This document shows positions 61,203 to 64,000 of a stretch of DNA of 64,000 nt, piece by piece (within the stretch, counting starts at the first letter, position 1; each line of letters begins with the position of its first letter). The stretch is from Candidatus Pacearchaeota archaeon. Lineage in GTDB: Archaea; Nanobdellota; Nanobdellia; Pacearchaeales; GW2011-AR1. The notes under the pieces are model-generated. The model saw only the letters and a list, made by a program, of their open reading frames with translations, ran no database searches and had not been told where the DNA came from. The stretch is taken from assembly GCA_016866995.1 (NCBI GenBank), contig VGKQ01000002.1:221-64220 (forward strand), given 5' to 3'. The position numbers were made by a program, and so were the translations under genes.

Positions 61203-62714
61203 ATGAAACTAACATTAAGAATATGGATTTTGATTATTGTCTTGTTTCTTGCATTTTTAGCCATATCCCCTTTTGGCTACTTCAGCAAAGGGGTTATTAT
61301 AAAATCAGTTGAAAGAAATTCAACATTATTTAACGAAGGCATAAGGCAGGGAATGGTTATAAAATCAATAAACTATAATGAAATTTCAAATGCTGATGAT
61401 TATTCAAAAATTATAAGCAACCTCCTGCCTTCTCAAAATGAAACTAAATTGATTATTTCTACAGACACAGGCGAGTTTATTATTTTCACAAATAAAACTC
61501 CTGAAATTACAATAGGTAATATTCCAAAAACAAAAATAAAGCTTGGACTTGATTTGCAAGGAGGCTCAAGGGCATTGATAAAGCCAGAAAAACCGCTTAA
61601 CTCGCAGGAAATCAGCGATTTAATTGAGATAACAAGCAATAGGCTTAATGTTTTTGGAATAAGTGATATTTCTGTAAAGCCAGTATCTGACTTATCTGGA
61701 AATAATTTTATGATGATTGAAGTTGCAGGAGCCGCCCCATCTGACCTCAAATCTTTGATTGAAAGCCAGGGAAAATTTGAGGCAAAAGTAGGAAACGATA
61801 CTGTTTTTATCGGTGGCGAGCAGGACATAACTTATGTTGCAAGAAGCGGACAGGAAGCAGGAATTGAATCTTGCTTTCAGGCAGAAGGAGGATATGTCTG
61901 CAGGTTTAGATTTGCGGTTTATTTAAGCGAGCAGGCTGCTAAAAGGCACGCAAATATTACCTCTCAGCTTTCTATAAATGAGTCAGCAAGCGGCAGATAC
62001 CTAAGCAAGCCGCTTGATTTATACGTTGATGACAAACTTGTTGATTCTCTTCTTATTTCAGAGGAATTACAAGGAAAAGTTACAACCCAAATTTCTGTGC
62101 AGGGCTCTGGTTCAGGAACAACGCAAGAAGATGCTTTCAAATCAGCACAATCAAATATGAAAAATCTTCAGACAATACTTATTACTGGCAGCCTTCCTTT
62201 CAAGCTTGAAATTGTAAAGCTTGACACTATCTCTCCAGTTTTAGGAAAAGAATTTTCAAAAAATATTTTATATCTTGCATTAATTGTTTTTGCTATTATA
62301 TCAATAATTCTCTTCATTAGATACAGAAAAATAAAGATTACTTTGTCAGTTATACTTACAATGTTTTCTGAAGCTTTTATAACTCTTGGAGTGGCTGCCT
62401 TAATTAGTTGGAATTTGGACGCCCCTTCTATTGCGGGAATTATAGCAGGAATGGGTGTTGGAGTAAATGATCAGATAGTTATAATTGACGAGGCTGTTTC
62501 AAAAACTAACGAGACTTTAATTGAGAGAATTAAACGCGCCCTGTTTATAATTGTAGGGGCATTCTTGACTATTGTTGCAGCAATGTTGCCTTTGTTTGGA
62601 GCAGGGGCAGGAATGCTGAGAGGTTTCGCATTAACAACAATCATAGGAGTGACTGTTGGCATTTTAATTACAAGACCTGCCTTTGCAGACATTCTTAAAA
62701 TAATCCAGAAATAA
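61203..62714 (+). CDS. secD: protein-export membrane protein SecD
   Basis: LGLDLQGGSRALIKPE plus a C-terminal 6-TM domain. Start trimmed to MKLTLRIW. Confidence 0.8.
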   Translation: MKLTLRIWILIIVLFLAFLAISPFGYFSKGVIIKSVERNSTLFNEGIRQGMVIKSINYNEISNADDYSKIISNLLPSQNETKLIISTDTGEFIIFTNKTPEITIGNIPKTKIKLGLDLQGGSRALIKPEKPLNSQEISDLIEITSNRLNVFGISDISVKPVSDLSGNNFMMIEVAGAAPSDLKSLIESQGKFEAKVGNDTVFIGGEQDITYVARSGQEAGIESCFQAEGGYVCRFRFAVYLSEQAAKRHANITSQLSINESASGRYLSKPLDLYVDDKLVDSLLISEELQGKVTTQISVQGSGSGTTQEDAFKSAQSNMKNLQTILITGSLPFKLEIVKLDTISPVLGKEFSKNILYLALIVFAIISIILFIRYRKIKITLSVILTMFSEAFITLGVAALISWNLDAPSIAGIIAGMGVGVNDQIVIIDEAVSKTNETLIERIKRALFIIVGAFLTIVAAMLPLFGAGAGMLRGFALTTIIGVTVGILITRPAFADILKIIQK

Positions 62715-62718
62715 TCAC

Positions 62719-62997
62719 ATGATAATCAAATTTCTTGGCATTCTTGACATTATTACAGCAATTTTATTCTGGCTTTCTGGCTTTTTTCATATAATTCCAG
62801 AAAGCATTATGACTATTTTTGCTCTCTATCTTCTGGCAAAAGGAATCTTTTTTGTTATTTCTCTTGACATTGCTTCTTTTATTGATATTTTAATAGCAAT
62901 CTTAATTTTTTTATCTTTTATAGTTGTATTTCCAAAAGCAATAATATTTTTAATAACTTTTTACTTGATACAAAAAGGAATATTCAGCTTGTTATAA
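62719..62997 (+). CDS. small membrane protein
   Basis: 92 aa with 3 TM segments. Confidence 0.5.
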   Translation: MIIKFLGILDIITAILFWLSGFFHIIPESIMTIFALYLLAKGIFFVISLDIASFIDILIAILIFLSFIVVFPKAIIFLITFYLIQKGIFSLL

Positions 62998-62998
62998 A

Positions 62999-63409
62999 AT
63001 GTTACCAAAATATCATTTAATATTAGGAATAATCTTCTCTCTAATTTTATACTTATTTCAAATAAATTTATTCTATTGCTTTATTTTTTTGCTTTCTTCA
63101 ATCTTCATAGATTTTGATCATTATCTTTTTTATTTTATAAGGAAAAAAGATTTGAACTTAAGAAGAGCATACATATGGCATAAGTCTCTTGGCACTCATC
63201 ACAAGCCAATTATGCAGATTTTTCACACTCTTGAGTTTCTTCTTCTAATCTCGGTTTTAGCTTTTTTCTCCAATCTTTTCCTCTTCATTTTTTTTGGTAT
63301 GCTCTTTCATTCTCTTACAGACATAATTGAAATGATTCATAACAAGAATCTTTATACTCGCGAGTTCTCTTTCATAAACTATTTAAGAAGAAGAAAAAAA
63401 TACTTATAA
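62999..63409 (+). CDS. membrane protein
   Basis: 136 aa with 3-4 TM segments and a DFDHYLFYF motif. Confidence 0.5.
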   Translation: MLPKYHLILGIIFSLILYLFQINLFYCFIFLLSSIFIDFDHYLFYFIRKKDLNLRRAYIWHKSLGTHHKPIMQIFHTLEFLLLISVLAFFSNLFLFIFFGMLFHSLTDIIEMIHNKNLYTREFSFINYLRRRKKYL

Positions 63410-63413
63410 TAAA

Positions 63414-64000
63414 ATGGAAGAAAAATTAAATAATTCATTAAAACTTATTGCAAAATCAACTTTTATAGTATTTCTTGGACTTTTAATTTCAAAGATTTTA
63501 TCATATGCTTACAGAATTATTATTGCAAGAGAATTTGGAGCAGAAGTTTATGGATTTTTTTCTATTTCAATAATGCTGGTTGGCTGGCTCTATACTTTTT
63601 CTTGCCTCGGTCTTTCAGAAGGCTTGCTCAGATTCATTCCTTACTATAGAAATAAAAACCATGGTAAAATAAGCCAGATTTTTAGGTTTTCATTAATATC
63701 ATCTTCAATAGCAGGATTAATTGCAGGATTTTTAATGTTTTTTTATGCTGACTTTATTGCAATAAAAATTTTTCATAATTCTGGCTTAATTCCATTTTTT
63801 AAATTATTCAGCATAGCTGTTCCTCTTTCTGTCATAACACAGATTTTTTTTTCTTCAATAAGGGCATTTGAAAAAATAGCGTGGTATTCCTTTATAGTAA
63901 ATATTCTTCAAAATGTTGTCAAGGTTTCTGTTCTTCTATTATTTATTTTATTTTTTAAAACTTCAAGCTCAATTGGAATATCTTACATTCTTGGCATAGT
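63414..64000 (+). CDS. MOP/Wzx-type polysaccharide flippase (N-terminal part; runs off the window)
   Basis: MEEKLNNSLKLIAKSTFIVFLGLLISKILSYAYRIIIAREFGAEVYG. Not in the track because it is partial. Confidence 0.65.
   Translation, partial: MEEKLNNSLKLIAKSTFIVFLGLLISKILSYAYRIIIAREFGAEVYGFFSISIMLVGWLYTFSCLGLSEGLLRFIPYYRNKNHGKISQIFRFSLISSSIAGLIAGFLMFFYADFIAIKIFHNSGLIPFFKLFSIAVPLSVITQIFFSSIRAFEKIAWYSFIVNILQNVVKVSVLLLFILFFKTSSSIGISYILGI

Overview
The window is an AT-rich archaeal chromosome segment, most consistent with a small-genome DPANN-type archaeon. That lineage call is an inference from gene content only; no database search was possible. Supporting content: archaeal ribosomal proteins (uS9, uL13, eL18, uS11, uS4, uS13, eL21), RNA polymerase subunits Rpo3/D, Rpo4/F and Rpo10/N, RNase P Rpp21, SecF/SecD, an isolated 5S rRNA, and four tRNAs of which three carry introns. 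Promoters look like BRE/TATA boxes about 25-35 nt upstream of the ATG, so many mRNAs are probably leaderless. The window has two parts. (1) From about 3.2 to 34.5 kb is an accessory, island-like region. It holds four MNT nucleotidyltransferases, three HEPN proteins (one truncated), HicAB, two RelE-like pairs, Fic, a Cas4-like nuclease, two PD-(D/E)XK-like proteins, a two-HKD PLD protein, a DNA methyltransferase, Nudix, many wHTH proteins and about 25 orphan ORFs. It ends at a XerA-type tyrosine recombinase. (2) From about 34.5 to 64 kb is mostly core. It holds a Kef-type antiporter, a fragmented r-protein/RNAP cluster, a MacB/FtsX-type ABC transporter operon, a carbamoyltransferase/radical-SAM cluster, SecDF and a flippase. 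The main candidates for something new are: (a) a translationally coupled four-gene operon at 22931-25613, with two tiny TM proteins, a 431-aa protein with a weak Pol-beta-NTase-like signature, and a long split HEPN protein, sitting next to an R-M-like cluster; (b) a cassette-like organisation of orphan genes that share near-identical promoters and a recurrent GC-rich GAGG(G)CGAGC / GCGAGCC boundary motif; (c) a roughly 52-nt double-hairpin miniature element with covarying stems, one copy inserted into a conserved tRNA trailer, with related TCAGAAA hairpins elsewhere; (d) a GC-rich three-way-junction element inside the ABC operon; (e) compositionally deviant orphan genes wedged into otherwise conserved operons. 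No CRISPR array, reverse transcriptase, transposase or integron-type integrase was seen. All functional calls rest on motif recognition by eye. RNA ends are accurate to about 3 nt.
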